Source of the DNA: Methylocystis sp. | Lineage (GTDB): Bacteria > Pseudomonadota > Alphaproteobacteria > Rhizobiales > Beijerinckiaceae | DNA length: 64,000 nt | Assembly (NCBI GenBank): GCA_040399965.1 | Contig: JBBARD010000001.1 | Span: forward strand, 14,187-78,186 | Direction: 5' to 3' | Part shown: in pieces, positions 16,983 to 26,770 of the stretch | Layout: the number at the start of each line of letters is the position of its first letter | How positions within the stretch are numbered: position 1 is the first letter of the stretch | The notes under the pieces: generated by a model | The model's input: only the letters and a program-made list of their open reading frames with translations | Told to the model about the DNA's origin: nothing | Database searches by the model: none | Program-made: the position numbers and the translations under genes

Positions 16983-19900
16983 ATGACGCAGTCCCTCCTC
17001 GTTTCGCGCCGCTTCGCTCCATTATTCTTCCGGCAATTATTTGCCGCTTTCATCGATAACTTCGTCAAAAACGCGCTGGTGTTGCTAATCCTTTCGCATC
17101 TGGGGGACGTGCAGGGCTCGGCGCTGATCTCGCTTGCCGGCGCAGTGTTTATTGCCCCATTTTTTTTGTTTTCGGCGCTAGGCGGCGAACTGGCTGATAA
17201 ATTTGACAAGGCGCGGCTGGCGCGCTGGTTGAGCTACGTTGATTGCGGGGTTGCGGCGCTGGCCGCCGCAGGTTTTCTTCTCGCCAGCATACCGGCGCTA
17301 TTCGGCGTTTTGTTTCTGTTTGGCCTTACGGGCGCACTGTTTGGCCCGGTGAAATACGGCATTCTGCCCGATCTTCTGACTTGCGATGAATTGCCGGCGG
17401 GAAATGCGCTTGTCGAAAGCGCGACATTTCTGGCCATTCTCGCCGGCGCTATCGCGGGCGGCGTCGTCATGCAACAGCATGGCGCAATGATTTTCACCAT
17501 CGGAGTCGTTTCCGTGGCGCTGATGAGCGTCGCGGCGGCATGGTTGATCCCGGCGACTAGCCCGGCGGCCCCTGATCTTACTGTCAACCAAAATATCTTC
17601 CAATCGACATTCAAGCTTCTCGCCTTGCTACGCGCGGATCGAACCCTGTGGCGTCTCGCCATCGTCACCAGCCTGTTCTGGCTTTACGGTTCGATCGCCA
17701 TGTCCTTGATGCCGCCGCTGGTCACGCAACATCTCAAGGGCGGAGACAGCGTCGTTACAGCCCATCTGGCGATTTTTGCCATCGCGATCGCGATAGGATC
17801 GGGCCTCGCCGCCTTTCTGCTTAAAGGTCGCATCGTGCTGCTGCCGGCGGCTGTGGGCGCGGCGCTGGTCGCTCTGGCGTCCGGCGCATTAGCGTCAACG
17901 CTTTATCGACTTTCTCCCTCAGGCGAGGGCGCGCGACTTTCGCTTGCTGATTATTTCGCTCAAGCGGAGGCGATTAACGCCGCCGTCGATCTCGGTTTGC
18001 TGGCGCTGGCCGGCGGATTGATGATCGTGCCGGCCTTTGCAGCCTTCCAATCGCTCAGTCCGCCGACGGAACGCGCGCGTCTGATCGCGGCTGTAAACAT
18101 CCACAATGCAGCTTTCATGGCTCTGGGCGGCGTCGCTGTTGCGGGGCTGCAAGGCGCGGGCATAACCCTGGCGACGTTGCTGGCCGTCATGGCCCTTGTG
18201 GCGGCCGCCAGCGCGGTCTGGATCTGGAGGCGCGTGATCGGCAACCCTTTTCTTGACGCCCTGTCGATTTTCTTTCGCGCCTTTTATCGTCTGGAGACGA
18301 AAGGGCTGGAGAATTTCGACAGGGCTGGACCAAATCCGATCATCGCCCTCAATCATGTAAGTTTTCTCGACGCAGGGGCGATTCTCTCTGTTTTGCCGAG
18401 GCAGCCGGTTTTCGCCATCGATCTGGCCACCTCGCAGAAATGGTGGGTCAGACCATTTTTGCACTTCGTGCGCGCCATTCCGCTCGATCCGACAAAGCCG
18501 TTGGGAACGCGCACGCTGGTGAATGCGGTGAAGGATGGCGAGCCGCTGGTGATTTTTCCCGAGGGCCGTCTCACGGTCACCGGGAGTTTAATGAAGGTTT
18601 ATGACGGCGCCGGATTGATCGCCGATAAATCCGCGGCGTTTGTCTTGCCAGCGCGGATTGAGGGGCCGGAGGCGACGATGTTTTCGCGCCTGACGCCCGA
18701 ACAGGCGCGGCGGCGCTGGTTTCCCAAATTCACCCTCACCTTTCTGGAGCCGGTTCGGCTGCAACTGGACGAAAATCTAAAAGGCAAGACGCGACGCATC
18801 GCCGCCGGGGCTGCGCTTTACCAGATCATGTCGGAACTGGTGTTCCGCACGACCAGGATCGACAGGACGCTGTTCCTCTCGCTGGTCGACGCGGCGCAGA
18901 AGCACGGCCTGTCGCGTACGGCGCTGGAAGATCCAACCAGCGGCGCGATGAACTATCGCGATGTTCTCATCGGCGTGCGCGCGCTGGGCGAAAAGATCGC
19001 AGGAATTGGCGCCGAAGGCGACGCGATCGGCCTGATGCTGCCCAACGCAAATGCGGCGGGAGTCGCGGTCTTTGCAACATTATCAGCGGGGCGCACGCCG
19101 GCGATGATCAATTACACCGCCGGCGCGGCGAATATTATTTCCGGATGTCGCGCGGCGCGCGTCGAGACAATCCTCACCTCGAGGAAGTTTGTCGAAAAGG
19201 CGCATCTCGAAAATCTCGTCGCGGCGCTGGGCGAAAAAGTCAGGCTCGTCTATCTTGAGGATCTGCGATCGCTGATTGGAGCCTATGATAAGGCGCGCGC
19301 CTGGCTGTCAATGCGCCGTCCGGTCATTGAGCGCCGCCCGGACGATATGGCGGCGATTCTGTTCACCTCAGGTTCGGAGGGCGCGCCAAAGGGCGTTGCG
19401 CTGTCGCATCGCAATATTCTCGCCAATGCGGCCCAGGCCGCCGCGCGCATCGATTTTGGCCGAACGGACAAGGTGTTCAACGTGCTGCCGGTGTTTCACA
19501 GCCTTGGCCTGACTGTCGGTCTGATACTTCCGCTGATTTACGGCGTGCCAATCTATTTGTATCCGTCGCCGCTCCATTACCGTATCGTGCCGGAGCTGGT
19601 CTACGCGACCAACGCGACCATACTGTTCGGCACCGACACGTTTCTGGCCGGATATGCCCGGGCCGCTCACGCCTATGATTTTCGCTCGATCCGTTACGTC
19701 CTCGCCGGCGCCGAACCGGTGCGTCAGGCGACGCGCGAGGTCTGGCTCGAAAAATTCGGCGTTCGAATTCTCGAAGGCTATGGCGTGACCGAAACGGCGC
19801 CGGTGCTGGCGCTGAATACCCCGATGTTCAATAAATTCGGCACGGTCGGGCGATTAATGCCCGGCGTCGATTACCGGCTCGAGCCCGTGCCGGGCGTCGC

Positions 19901-20411
19901 CGAGGGCGGACGCTTACATGTGAGCGGGCCCAATATCATGCTTGGCTATTTCAAGGAGGATCGGCCGGGAGTCGTGCAGCCGCCGCTGGATGGCTGGCAC
20001 GACACCGGAGACATCGTGACCATCGACCCGCAGGGATTCGTCGTTATCAAGGGACGCGCCAAACGCTTCGCCAAGATCGGCGGCGAGATGGTGTCGCTCG
20101 CGGCGATCGAACAACTCGCAGCGGAATTATGGCCTAACGACCTCTCCGCGACGACGGCCCTGCCCGATTCCCGCAAGGGCGAGCGGGTGATCCTCGTCAC
20201 GCAACGCCCGGGCGCCGCACGCGGCGATTTCGTCGCCTACGCTCGCAGGAAAGGCATGTCGGAACTCATGTTCCCGGCCGAAGTCGTCGTCGTCGAACGC
20301 TTACCGTTGCTGGGTTCCGGAAAGATCGATTTCGCCGCAGTGACCAAATTCGTGCGGGAGCGCGACGCGACGTCAGCATCCGCCGAAAGGCCGATCACCA
20401 AAATGGCTTGA
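16983..20411 (+). CDS. triple-fusion lysophospholipid transporter (LplT-like MFS) / PlsC-type acyltransferase / acyl-ACP synthetase (Aas-like)
   Basis: 1142 aa. The N-terminal 420 aa or so are a polytopic MFS domain. The middle carries NHVSFLDA and FPEGR acyltransferase motifs. The C-terminus is an adenylate-forming domain (TSGSEGAPKGV, GYGVTE, GDIV, GGE). Confidence 0.85.
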   Translation: MTQSLLVSRRFAPLFFRQLFAAFIDNFVKNALVLLILSHLGDVQGSALISLAGAVFIAPFFLFSALGGELADKFDKARLARWLSYVDCGVAALAAAGFLLASIPALFGVLFLFGLTGALFGPVKYGILPDLLTCDELPAGNALVESATFLAILAGAIAGGVVMQQHGAMIFTIGVVSVALMSVAAAWLIPATSPAAPDLTVNQNIFQSTFKLLALLRADRTLWRLAIVTSLFWLYGSIAMSLMPPLVTQHLKGGDSVVTAHLAIFAIAIAIGSGLAAFLLKGRIVLLPAAVGAALVALASGALASTLYRLSPSGEGARLSLADYFAQAEAINAAVDLGLLALAGGLMIVPAFAAFQSLSPPTERARLIAAVNIHNAAFMALGGVAVAGLQGAGITLATLLAVMALVAAASAVWIWRRVIGNPFLDALSIFFRAFYRLETKGLENFDRAGPNPIIALNHVSFLDAGAILSVLPRQPVFAIDLATSQKWWVRPFLHFVRAIPLDPTKPLGTRTLVNAVKDGEPLVIFPEGRLTVTGSLMKVYDGAGLIADKSAAFVLPARIEGPEATMFSRLTPEQARRRWFPKFTLTFLEPVRLQLDENLKGKTRRIAAGAALYQIMSELVFRTTRIDRTLFLSLVDAAQKHGLSRTALEDPTSGAMNYRDVLIGVRALGEKIAGIGAEGDAIGLMLPNANAAGVAVFATLSAGRTPAMINYTAGAANIISGCRAARVETILTSRKFVEKAHLENLVAALGEKVRLVYLEDLRSLIGAYDKARAWLSMRRPVIERRPDDMAAILFTSGSEGAPKGVALSHRNILANAAQAAARIDFGRTDKVFNVLPVFHSLGLTVGLILPLIYGVPIYLYPSPLHYRIVPELVYATNATILFGTDTFLAGYARAAHAYDFRSIRYVLAGAEPVRQATREVWLEKFGVRILEGYGVTETAPVLALNTPMFNKFGTVGRLMPGVDYRLEPVPGVAEGGRLHVSGPNIMLGYFKEDRPGVVQPPLDGWHDTGDIVTIDPQGFVVIKGRAKRFAKIGGEMVSLAAIEQLAAELWPNDLSATTALPDSRKGERVILVTQRPGAARGDFVAYARRKGMSELMFPAEVVVVERLPLLGSGKIDFAAVTKFVRERDATSASAERPITKMA

Positions 20412-21339
20412 GGTCTTTAAACTTTGTTTCGCTCTCATGCGCATGGTCGATGCTTGCGCAAGCCGCATGGGCGAACCAGCCACGCACAAAACCGGCCGCG
20501 AGCGCCAGCGAACCGTCGTTGGCGTGCAAGAGGTCGATCTGGCGGTTCGCTGCGGCAAGATCGTTAAAGCCGCCAAGCCCATCCTGTAGCGCGGCAAGCG
20601 CGCGGATGCAGGCGCGCGTCGCCTTTTGACGCCCAAACAGACCTTCGAAAAATTCCGCTGCGTAACGTAATTTCTTGAGCGCGATCCGCGCTTCGTGGCG
20701 CTCCTCCGCGGTTTGGGTCGCAAGGTCGCGGCATTTTCGACGCGCCCGCTTTTGCAGTCTGGAGAGCGCGTTTCGAGCGAAATCGCGCGCCGATCCCGCC
20801 GCGTCGGCGCCAGGCGCGACTCTCCAGTCCCGCGCAGCGATCAGGCGTCGCAACTCGTCGACGAAAAGCGTCGTCGCGGCCTCCCGAAGGATTTCGCTCG
20901 CGCTCGAATAGCCTGCGTCGCGTCGCTGTCGCGCTGCGACCCGCAGCATCGCAAGATCCGGGGCCTCTTCGGCGGCGCCGGGGCCGGCCGCCAGCAACGC
21001 CAGAAACACATCGCCGTCGCGGGCGTCGCCCAGCGCCCTGGCGATGGTTTTCGCGCGCGCCGCCGCCGAGGTCAGCGCCGGTCCGCTCAGCGCGACGCGA
21101 AAAAGACCGACCGCGCCGCGCAAGCGGCGCAGCGCCACCCGCATCTGATGGACGCTTTCTTCCGTCTCCATCTCCAGGAAGATCGCTCTGTTGGCGACGA
21201 AACGATCGAGCGAATCGTTAATTATCACGCCAGCCGCCGTCTCGACGGAGTCGTGCGCGTCAATCCGGATCGGCGCGCTGCGGACGCCGGTTGTCGCCCC
21301 GTCGCTGCGGAGCGCCGGTAATTCTGTTTCGTGGCTCAT
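20395..21339 (-). CDS. CHAD domain-containing protein
   Basis: Repeated CHAD helices VHQMRVALRRLRG and HEARIALKKLRYAAEFF. ORF trimmed to ATG 21339. Confidence 0.8.
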   Translation of the reverse strand: MSHETELPALRSDGATTGVRSAPIRIDAHDSVETAAGVIINDSLDRFVANRAIFLEMETEESVHQMRVALRRLRGAVGLFRVALSGPALTSAAARAKTIARALGDARDGDVFLALLAAGPGAAEEAPDLAMLRVAARQRRDAGYSSASEILREAATTLFVDELRRLIAARDWRVAPGADAAGSARDFARNALSRLQKRARRKCRDLATQTAEERHEARIALKKLRYAAEFFEGLFGRQKATRACIRALAALQDGLGGFNDLAAANRQIDLLHANDGSLALAAGFVRGWFAHAACASIDHAHESETKFKDLKPFW

Positions 21340-21487
21340 TCGTCCTGGCCTGTAGCACGGCGACACTGCGGCGAGGCGCCCGTCATAATCAACAGCGAGA
21401 ATTCCGGCGCGCGCGCGGCACTTGATTATAAAGCCGGCTCTTGCTTTATCGCAGCGCAGCATGTTCCGCTCGCAGGAGAAAAGCCGA

Positions 21488-22921
21488 ATGTCCGTCTGGC
21501 CCGTTTATGGAAAAATCACCGGACCTGTTGTTTTAATTGGCTTTGGCTCTATCGGCCGGGGCATTCTGCCGTTGATCGAGCGGCATTTCGATTTCGACAA
21601 ATCACGCTTTACCGTGATCGATCCGGTAGATGCTCACCGTCGGCTTCTCGACGAGCGCGGCCTTGCGTTCCTCCAGGAAAAGTTGACTCCGGAGAATTAC
21701 CGGCAAGTATTGACCCCCTTGCTGACCAAAGGCGGGGGCCAGCCCTTCATCGTCAATCTCTCGGTCGATGTTTCGTCGTTGGCGATCATCAAGCTCGCAC
21801 GCGAACTCAAGGCGCTCTACGTCGACACGGTCGTCGAGCCTTGGCCCGGTTTCTATTTCGACAAAAACAAGGGCAATGACGCTCGCACCAATTACGCCTT
21901 GCGAGAAACTATTCTTGAGGAGCGCCGCAACAATCCGGGCGGCTCGACCGCCGTCTCCTGCGTCGGCGCCAATCCCGGCATGGTGTCCTGGTTCGTGAAA
22001 CAGGCGCTCGTCAATATCGCCAAAGACCTGGGCGCGCTGGACAGGGAGCCGCAGACGCGCGCCGAATGGGGCGCACTGGCGCAAAAACTTGGCGTCAAGG
22101 GCATCCATATTGCGGAACGCGACACTCAACGGGCGCGCGAACCCAAGCCGCGTAACGTCTTCGTCAATACATGGTCGGTCGAGGGGTTCGTCTCCGAGGG
22201 CATGCAGCCGGCCGAACTGGGTTGGGGCACGCACGAAAAATCGCTGCCGGATATCGGTCGAACCCATACGACCGGCTGTGGCGCTGCGATCTATCTGCTC
22301 TCCCCCGGCGCCAACACGCGCGTGCGCTCCTGGGCGCCGACGCCGGGACCGCAATATGGTTTTCTGGTCACGCACAATGAATCGATCTCGATCGCCGATT
22401 ACCTCACCGTGCGCGACGCCGCCGGCAGGGCGGTGTATCGACCGACCTGTCATTACGCCTACCATCCGGCTGACGACGCCGTACTGTCGCTGCACGAAAT
22501 GTTCGGCCAGGCCGGCAGGATGCAGGACAGTTGGAAAATTCTCGACGAGCATGAAATCGTTGACGGCATTGATGAACTTGGCGTGCTGCTCTACGGCCAC
22601 ACCAAGAACGCCTATTGGTATGGTTCGCAGCTTTCCATTGAGGAGACCCGCGATCTCGCGCCGTACCAGAACGCCACGGGCCTTCAGGTTTCCTCAGCCG
22701 CGCTGGCCGGCATGGTCTGGGCGCTGGAGAATCCCGAGTCCGGCATCGTCGAGGCTGATGAGGTCGATTACAAACGCTGTCTTGACGTGCAATTGCCCTA
22801 TCTCGGCCCGGTGAAAGGCTATTACACCGACTGGACGCCGCTTGAGGGCCGACCGGGACTTTTCCCCGAGGATATCGACGAGAGCGATCCCTGGCAGTTC
22901 AAAAATATTCTGGCGCGCTAG
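21488..22921 (+). CDS. hss: homospermidine synthase
   Basis: 477 aa from ATG 21488 (AGGAGAAAAG upstream). Contains VLIGFGSIGRG and a Hss-like sequence throughout. Confidence 0.92.
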   Translation: MSVWPVYGKITGPVVLIGFGSIGRGILPLIERHFDFDKSRFTVIDPVDAHRRLLDERGLAFLQEKLTPENYRQVLTPLLTKGGGQPFIVNLSVDVSSLAIIKLARELKALYVDTVVEPWPGFYFDKNKGNDARTNYALRETILEERRNNPGGSTAVSCVGANPGMVSWFVKQALVNIAKDLGALDREPQTRAEWGALAQKLGVKGIHIAERDTQRAREPKPRNVFVNTWSVEGFVSEGMQPAELGWGTHEKSLPDIGRTHTTGCGAAIYLLSPGANTRVRSWAPTPGPQYGFLVTHNESISIADYLTVRDAAGRAVYRPTCHYAYHPADDAVLSLHEMFGQAGRMQDSWKILDEHEIVDGIDELGVLLYGHTKNAYWYGSQLSIEETRDLAPYQNATGLQVSSAALAGMVWALENPESGIVEADEVDYKRCLDVQLPYLGPVKGYYTDWTPLEGRPGLFPEDIDESDPWQFKNILAR

Positions 22922-23044
22922 CCCTCCGGAGCCCGCTATTCGCCGCCGACCCGGATTCCCATGTTCGGGACAGCGGTTCTCATTATCTGAAGCGACCGCC
23001 GCGCAGGCGCTTGTCTCTGTTGGCGCGCCCTGTCATAGGCTGTC

Positions 23045-23785
23045 ATGGCCTTAGTGATCCTGTTCTTCGTCGCGATATGGGCGGGGGCCCAGAACGCGCT
23101 CGCTGGCGGCGGCTCCTTTCTGACCTTGCCGGCGCTGATGTTCACCGGCATGGACGCCCTTGCCGCCAACATCACATCCTGTGTCGCGTTGTTTCCGGCG
23201 CAGATCGCCACTGGTTGGACAGGCCGCAAATTCGCCTCGGGCGCGAGCGGCCTGTCGCTTCGAACATTGTTCCTGATCAGCATCGCCGGCGGGGCGATCG
23301 GCGCCGGCGTTCTGTTGTTGACTCCGCGCGGACTGTTTGCGCAACTCGCGCCATGGCTGGTGTTGTTCGCCACGGCGATTTTTGGCTGGGGAAGTTTTTT
23401 GCGCAAACCCGGCGCATCGCATGTTCACCCGCCGACGCCGCTCGTCGGCTTGCTACAGTTCCTGATTTCAATTTACGGCGGTTATTTCGGCGGCGGCATC
23501 GGCTTTTTGATGATGGCGGCCTTGACCATGGCGGGTCAGGACGTGCGCGTGGCCAGCGCAACCAAAAATGTTCTCGCTGGCGTCATGAACGCCTCGGCCG
23601 TCGCGATATTTGTAATTTCGCCGGATCTGCATGCGGCCCAGGCGCTCGTCACCGCCGTCGGCGCGACGATTGGCGGCGTATTCGGCTCCAGGCTTTTGCA
23701 GGTTATCGATCCGAAACTCTTGCGCGCGCTTGTTTTATGTGTCGGCGCGGCGTTGACTGTGGGTCTGTTTCTCAGGGCGGGTTAG
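23045..23785 (+). CDS. TauE/SafE (TSUP) family anion exporter
   Basis: Seven to eight TM helices. Contains AGGGSFLTLPAL and GGYFGGGIG motifs. Confidence 0.85.
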   Translation: MALVILFFVAIWAGAQNALAGGGSFLTLPALMFTGMDALAANITSCVALFPAQIATGWTGRKFASGASGLSLRTLFLISIAGGAIGAGVLLLTPRGLFAQLAPWLVLFATAIFGWGSFLRKPGASHVHPPTPLVGLLQFLISIYGGYFGGGIGFLMMAALTMAGQDVRVASATKNVLAGVMNASAVAIFVISPDLHAAQALVTAVGATIGGVFGSRLLQVIDPKLLRALVLCVGAALTVGLFLRAG

Positions 23786-24395
23786 CCTTTGCGGCGGCAG
23801 GCTGGTTTTTGTGCGCGGCCTGCTGAATGGCCGGCAACAGGAACTTCGCCACCGCGTCGGGCGACAGGGGGCCGACAAACTTGTAGGCGATGACGCCGTC
23901 GCCGGCCACAACAAAGGTTTCCGGCACGCCATAGACGCCAAAGTCGATGGCCGTGCGGCCGGCGGGATCGACGCCGATCCGCTGGAATGGATTGCCTTCT
24001 TCCCTCAGAAAGCCCAGGGCGTTTTCCGGTTCGTCCTTATAGGAGAGGCCATAGAGCTCAGCCCCCATCGCCTTCAGCGGCTCATCTCGGGAAAGCTGCA
24101 TCAGCGTCGGATGCTCCATCCGGCAGGGCGCGCACCAACTCGCGAAGACATTGACGATGCTGACATGGCCCTGACGCAAATCCCCGGTCTTGAGGCCGGG
24201 CGTCGCATTCATGCCGGCCAGGGCCGCCAGTTCGAAGTCCGGCGCCGGTTTGTCGATCAGCGCGGAGGGCAATCGCGCCGCATCGCCGGCGAACAGCCGC
24301 GCGAGAAACAAAGCGGCAAGCAAGGCGAAAAGAATCAGAGGTAAAAAGCGCAGGCCCGAGGCTTGTTGCGGCGCGCCTTGTTCAGGGCCGCTCAA
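23772..24395 (-). CDS. ccmG: thiol:disulfide oxidoreductase CcmG/DsbE (cytochrome c biogenesis)
   Basis: N-terminal anchor followed by a WCAPC thioredoxin motif. The TTG start overlaps the ccmD stop codon. Confidence 0.88.
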   Translation of the reverse strand: MSGPEQGAPQQASGLRFLPLILFALLAALFLARLFAGDAARLPSALIDKPAPDFELAALAGMNATPGLKTGDLRQGHVSIVNVFASWCAPCRMEHPTLMQLSRDEPLKAMGAELYGLSYKDEPENALGFLREEGNPFQRIGVDPAGRTAIDFGVYGVPETFVVAGDGVIAYKFVGPLSPDAVAKFLLPAIQQAAHKNQPAAAKANPP

Positions 24396-24550
24396 TCGTC
24401 GTCTCCCGCAGGAGAAGATAAGTTCTCATTGTAGCGTGAGAGTTCGTTGCGCAGGCGCCGATAGTCGAGCGCGATCCGCAAGGCGACGCCGCCAATCGTC
24501 ACAAAGCATGTCGCATAGGCGAGAAGCACAAAGCTGGCATGTTCGGTCAT
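24392..24550 (-). CDS. ccmD: haem exporter protein CcmD (52 aa)
   Basis: Not in the ORF track because it is under 60 aa. I translated it by hand: MTEHASFVLLAYATCFVTIGGVALRIALDYRRLRNELSRYNENLSSPAGDDD. ATGA overlap with ccmC, and a single TM as in CcmD. Confidence 0.7.
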   Translation of the reverse strand: MTEHASFVLLAYATCFVTIGGVALRIALDYRRLRNELSRYNENLSSPAGDDD

Positions 24551-25311
24551 GGCGCAGCCTCAAGCGCGATTTGCTCGACCCGGGCTTCCTCATGCAGCGC
24601 CTGCATCGACAATCGCGCCAGGCGCCGACGCAGAATTTCATTGCGGATCGCCATGAAATGGAGCGTCAGAAACAGCGTCGTCGCGGCCAGCGCCATCACC
24701 AGCAACGGCCACAGCATCGAGGCGGAGATCGTCGGTCCGCCGACGCGAAACACCGACGCCGGTTGATGCAACGTGTTCCACCAGTCGACGGAATATTTGA
24801 TGATCGGAATATCGATGGCTCCGACGATCGTCATGATTGAGGCGATGCGGGCCCCGCGCGGCGTGTCGTCCATGGTCTGGCGCACCGCGATGAGGCCGAG
24901 GTAGAGCAGGAACAGCACCAGCATGGAGGTCAGCCGCGCGTCCCATACCCAGTAGGTTCCCCACATAGGCTTGCCCCAAAGCGAGCCGGTGACGAGGCAA
25001 ACAAAGGTGAAAGCGGCGCCAAGACCTGCAGCGGTTTTTTGCGCCGCGTCAGCGAGCGGATGTTTCCAGACCAGAACGCCGAGCGCCGCCGAGGTCATCA
25101 CGACATAGGCGAAGATCGCGAGCCAGGCGGCCGGCACATGAATATACATGATCCGCACCGTCTCGCCCTGCTGGTAATCAGGCGGCGCGGTGAAGGCGCC
25201 ATAAAGCCCGATAGCGAGCAAGACAAGGCTCATGCCGCCGAGCCAGGGCAGCGCAATGCGCGCGAAGTTCAGAAAGCGCGTCGGATTGGCGTAATCAAGG
25301 ATATTGGGCAT
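24547..25311 (-). CDS. ccmC: haem exporter / haem lyase subunit CcmC
   Basis: WGxxWxWD tryptophan-rich motif (WGTYWVWDARL) and six TM helices. Confidence 0.92.
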   Translation of the reverse strand: MPNILDYANPTRFLNFARIALPWLGGMSLVLLAIGLYGAFTAPPDYQQGETVRIMYIHVPAAWLAIFAYVVMTSAALGVLVWKHPLADAAQKTAAGLGAAFTFVCLVTGSLWGKPMWGTYWVWDARLTSMLVLFLLYLGLIAVRQTMDDTPRGARIASIMTIVGAIDIPIIKYSVDWWNTLHQPASVFRVGGPTISASMLWPLLVMALAATTLFLTLHFMAIRNEILRRRLARLSMQALHEEARVEQIALEAAP

Positions 25312-25336
25312 CTCGCCGTCGTTTCACGCTTGAAAG

Positions 25337-25360
25337 GTCGGACGTCGCGACGTCCGACCC
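25337..25360 (-). terminator. 24-nt perfect inverted repeat downstream of ctpA
   Basis: GGTCGGACGTCG/CGACGTCCGACC. Only a weak T-tract (CTTTC) follows on the minus strand. Confidence 0.4.
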
Positions 25361-25375
25361 CTGAAGTTCCCGGTG

Positions 25376-26770
25376 TCAGTTCGCCTTTGGCGATGGCTTG
25401 GTGGAGTCCTTGGCGTCTTTCGACTCCCTGGCGTCCTTGGCCGGCTCTTTTGTTTGCAGATCGGCGAGGATCTGCGCCCTTGGCTTGCCATGCAGCAGTT
25501 CGATGGCCGCCGTCAGTTGCTTATCTTTTTTCTCGTCCGGCGGAACATAGGCCTGCGAACCGGTTTTCTCGTCTTCGCCGTTCTTCAGATGGCCCTTGAG
25601 CGAGGCCTCGCCCTTGGTGTCGTCCTTGCCCTTGAGATCATCCGGCACATCCTGAAGGATAATCATGTCGGGATCGATGCCTTTGGCCTGTATCGATCGT
25701 CCCGACGGCGTGTAATAACGCGCTGTCGTCAGACGCAGGGCTCCATTGTTGCCGCCCAGCGGAATAATCGTCTGGACCGAACCCTTGCCGAAGGAGCGGG
25801 TGCCGATCAGCGTCGCGCGCTTGTGATCCTGAAGGGCGCCGGCGACGATTTCGGACGCTGAGGCGGAGCCGCCGTTGATCAGGACGACGACGGGCTTGCC
25901 TTTCGAGAGGTCGCCCGGACGCGCATTGTAGCGCTGGGTTTCTTCGGCGTTGCGGCCGCGCGTCGAGACGATCTCGCCCTTCTCGATAAAGGCGTTGACC
26001 ACCTGAATCGACTGATCGAGGAGGCCGCCGGGATTATTGCGCAAATCGATGATGTAGCCCTTGAATTTATCGGCGGGGATTTCCTGCTGCGCCTTGGTCA
26101 TGGCGGTGCGCAAACCGTCCGCCGTCTCCTCGTTGAACTGCGAGATGCGAACGTAGTAGGCGTCGTCGCCCTGTTTGTGGGAGCGCACCGATTTAATGTG
26201 GATCTCGGCGCGGGTGAGCTTGACCTCAATTTTCTGTTTGTCCTTGCCGCGGAAAATCGTGAGTTTCACGGGCGTGTTGATCTGGCCGCGCATCTTGTCG
26301 ACGGCCTGGTTGAGGGTCATGCCCTGGACGCTTTCGTCGTCGATGGCGCCGATCAGATCGCCGGAGAGAATCCCGGCGCGCGACGCCGGCGTGTCGTCGA
26401 TGGGCGTGACGACCTTGATGATGCCCTCTTCCTGCGTGACCTCAATGCCCAGACCGCCAAACTTGCCCTCGGTCTGGGTCCGCATGTCCTTGAAGCCCTT
26501 GGCGTCGAGGTAGCTCGAATGCGGGTCGAGCGAGGTCAACATGCCATTGATGGCGTTTTCAACCAGTTTCTGTTCGTCCGGCTTCTCGACGTAATCAGCG
26601 CGGACTTTATCAAAGACGTCGCCGAAGAGGCTGAGATGTTTGTAGGTGTCGGCGGAGGCCGCCAGCGCCTGCGACGATCCCATAAGCGCCCGCGCTTCCT
26701 GACCGAGAGTCGCGGCGCCGACTCCAATAGCGATCCCCGTAGCGACTAAAGCTGTTTTGCGAATGATCAT
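25376..26770 (-). CDS. ctpA: S41 family carboxyl-terminal processing peptidase
   Basis: PDZ plus S41 domains (LRNNPGG, GGSASASE, SFGKGSVQ). ATGA overlap with the upstream M23 gene. Confidence 0.9.
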   Translation of the reverse strand: MIIRKTALVATGIAIGVGAATLGQEARALMGSSQALAASADTYKHLSLFGDVFDKVRADYVEKPDEQKLVENAINGMLTSLDPHSSYLDAKGFKDMRTQTEGKFGGLGIEVTQEEGIIKVVTPIDDTPASRAGILSGDLIGAIDDESVQGMTLNQAVDKMRGQINTPVKLTIFRGKDKQKIEVKLTRAEIHIKSVRSHKQGDDAYYVRISQFNEETADGLRTAMTKAQQEIPADKFKGYIIDLRNNPGGLLDQSIQVVNAFIEKGEIVSTRGRNAEETQRYNARPGDLSKGKPVVVLINGGSASASEIVAGALQDHKRATLIGTRSFGKGSVQTIIPLGGNNGALRLTTARYYTPSGRSIQAKGIDPDMIILQDVPDDLKGKDDTKGEASLKGHLKNGEDEKTGSQAYVPPDEKKDKQLTAAIELLHGKPRAQILADLQTKEPAKDARESKDAKDSTKPSPKAN

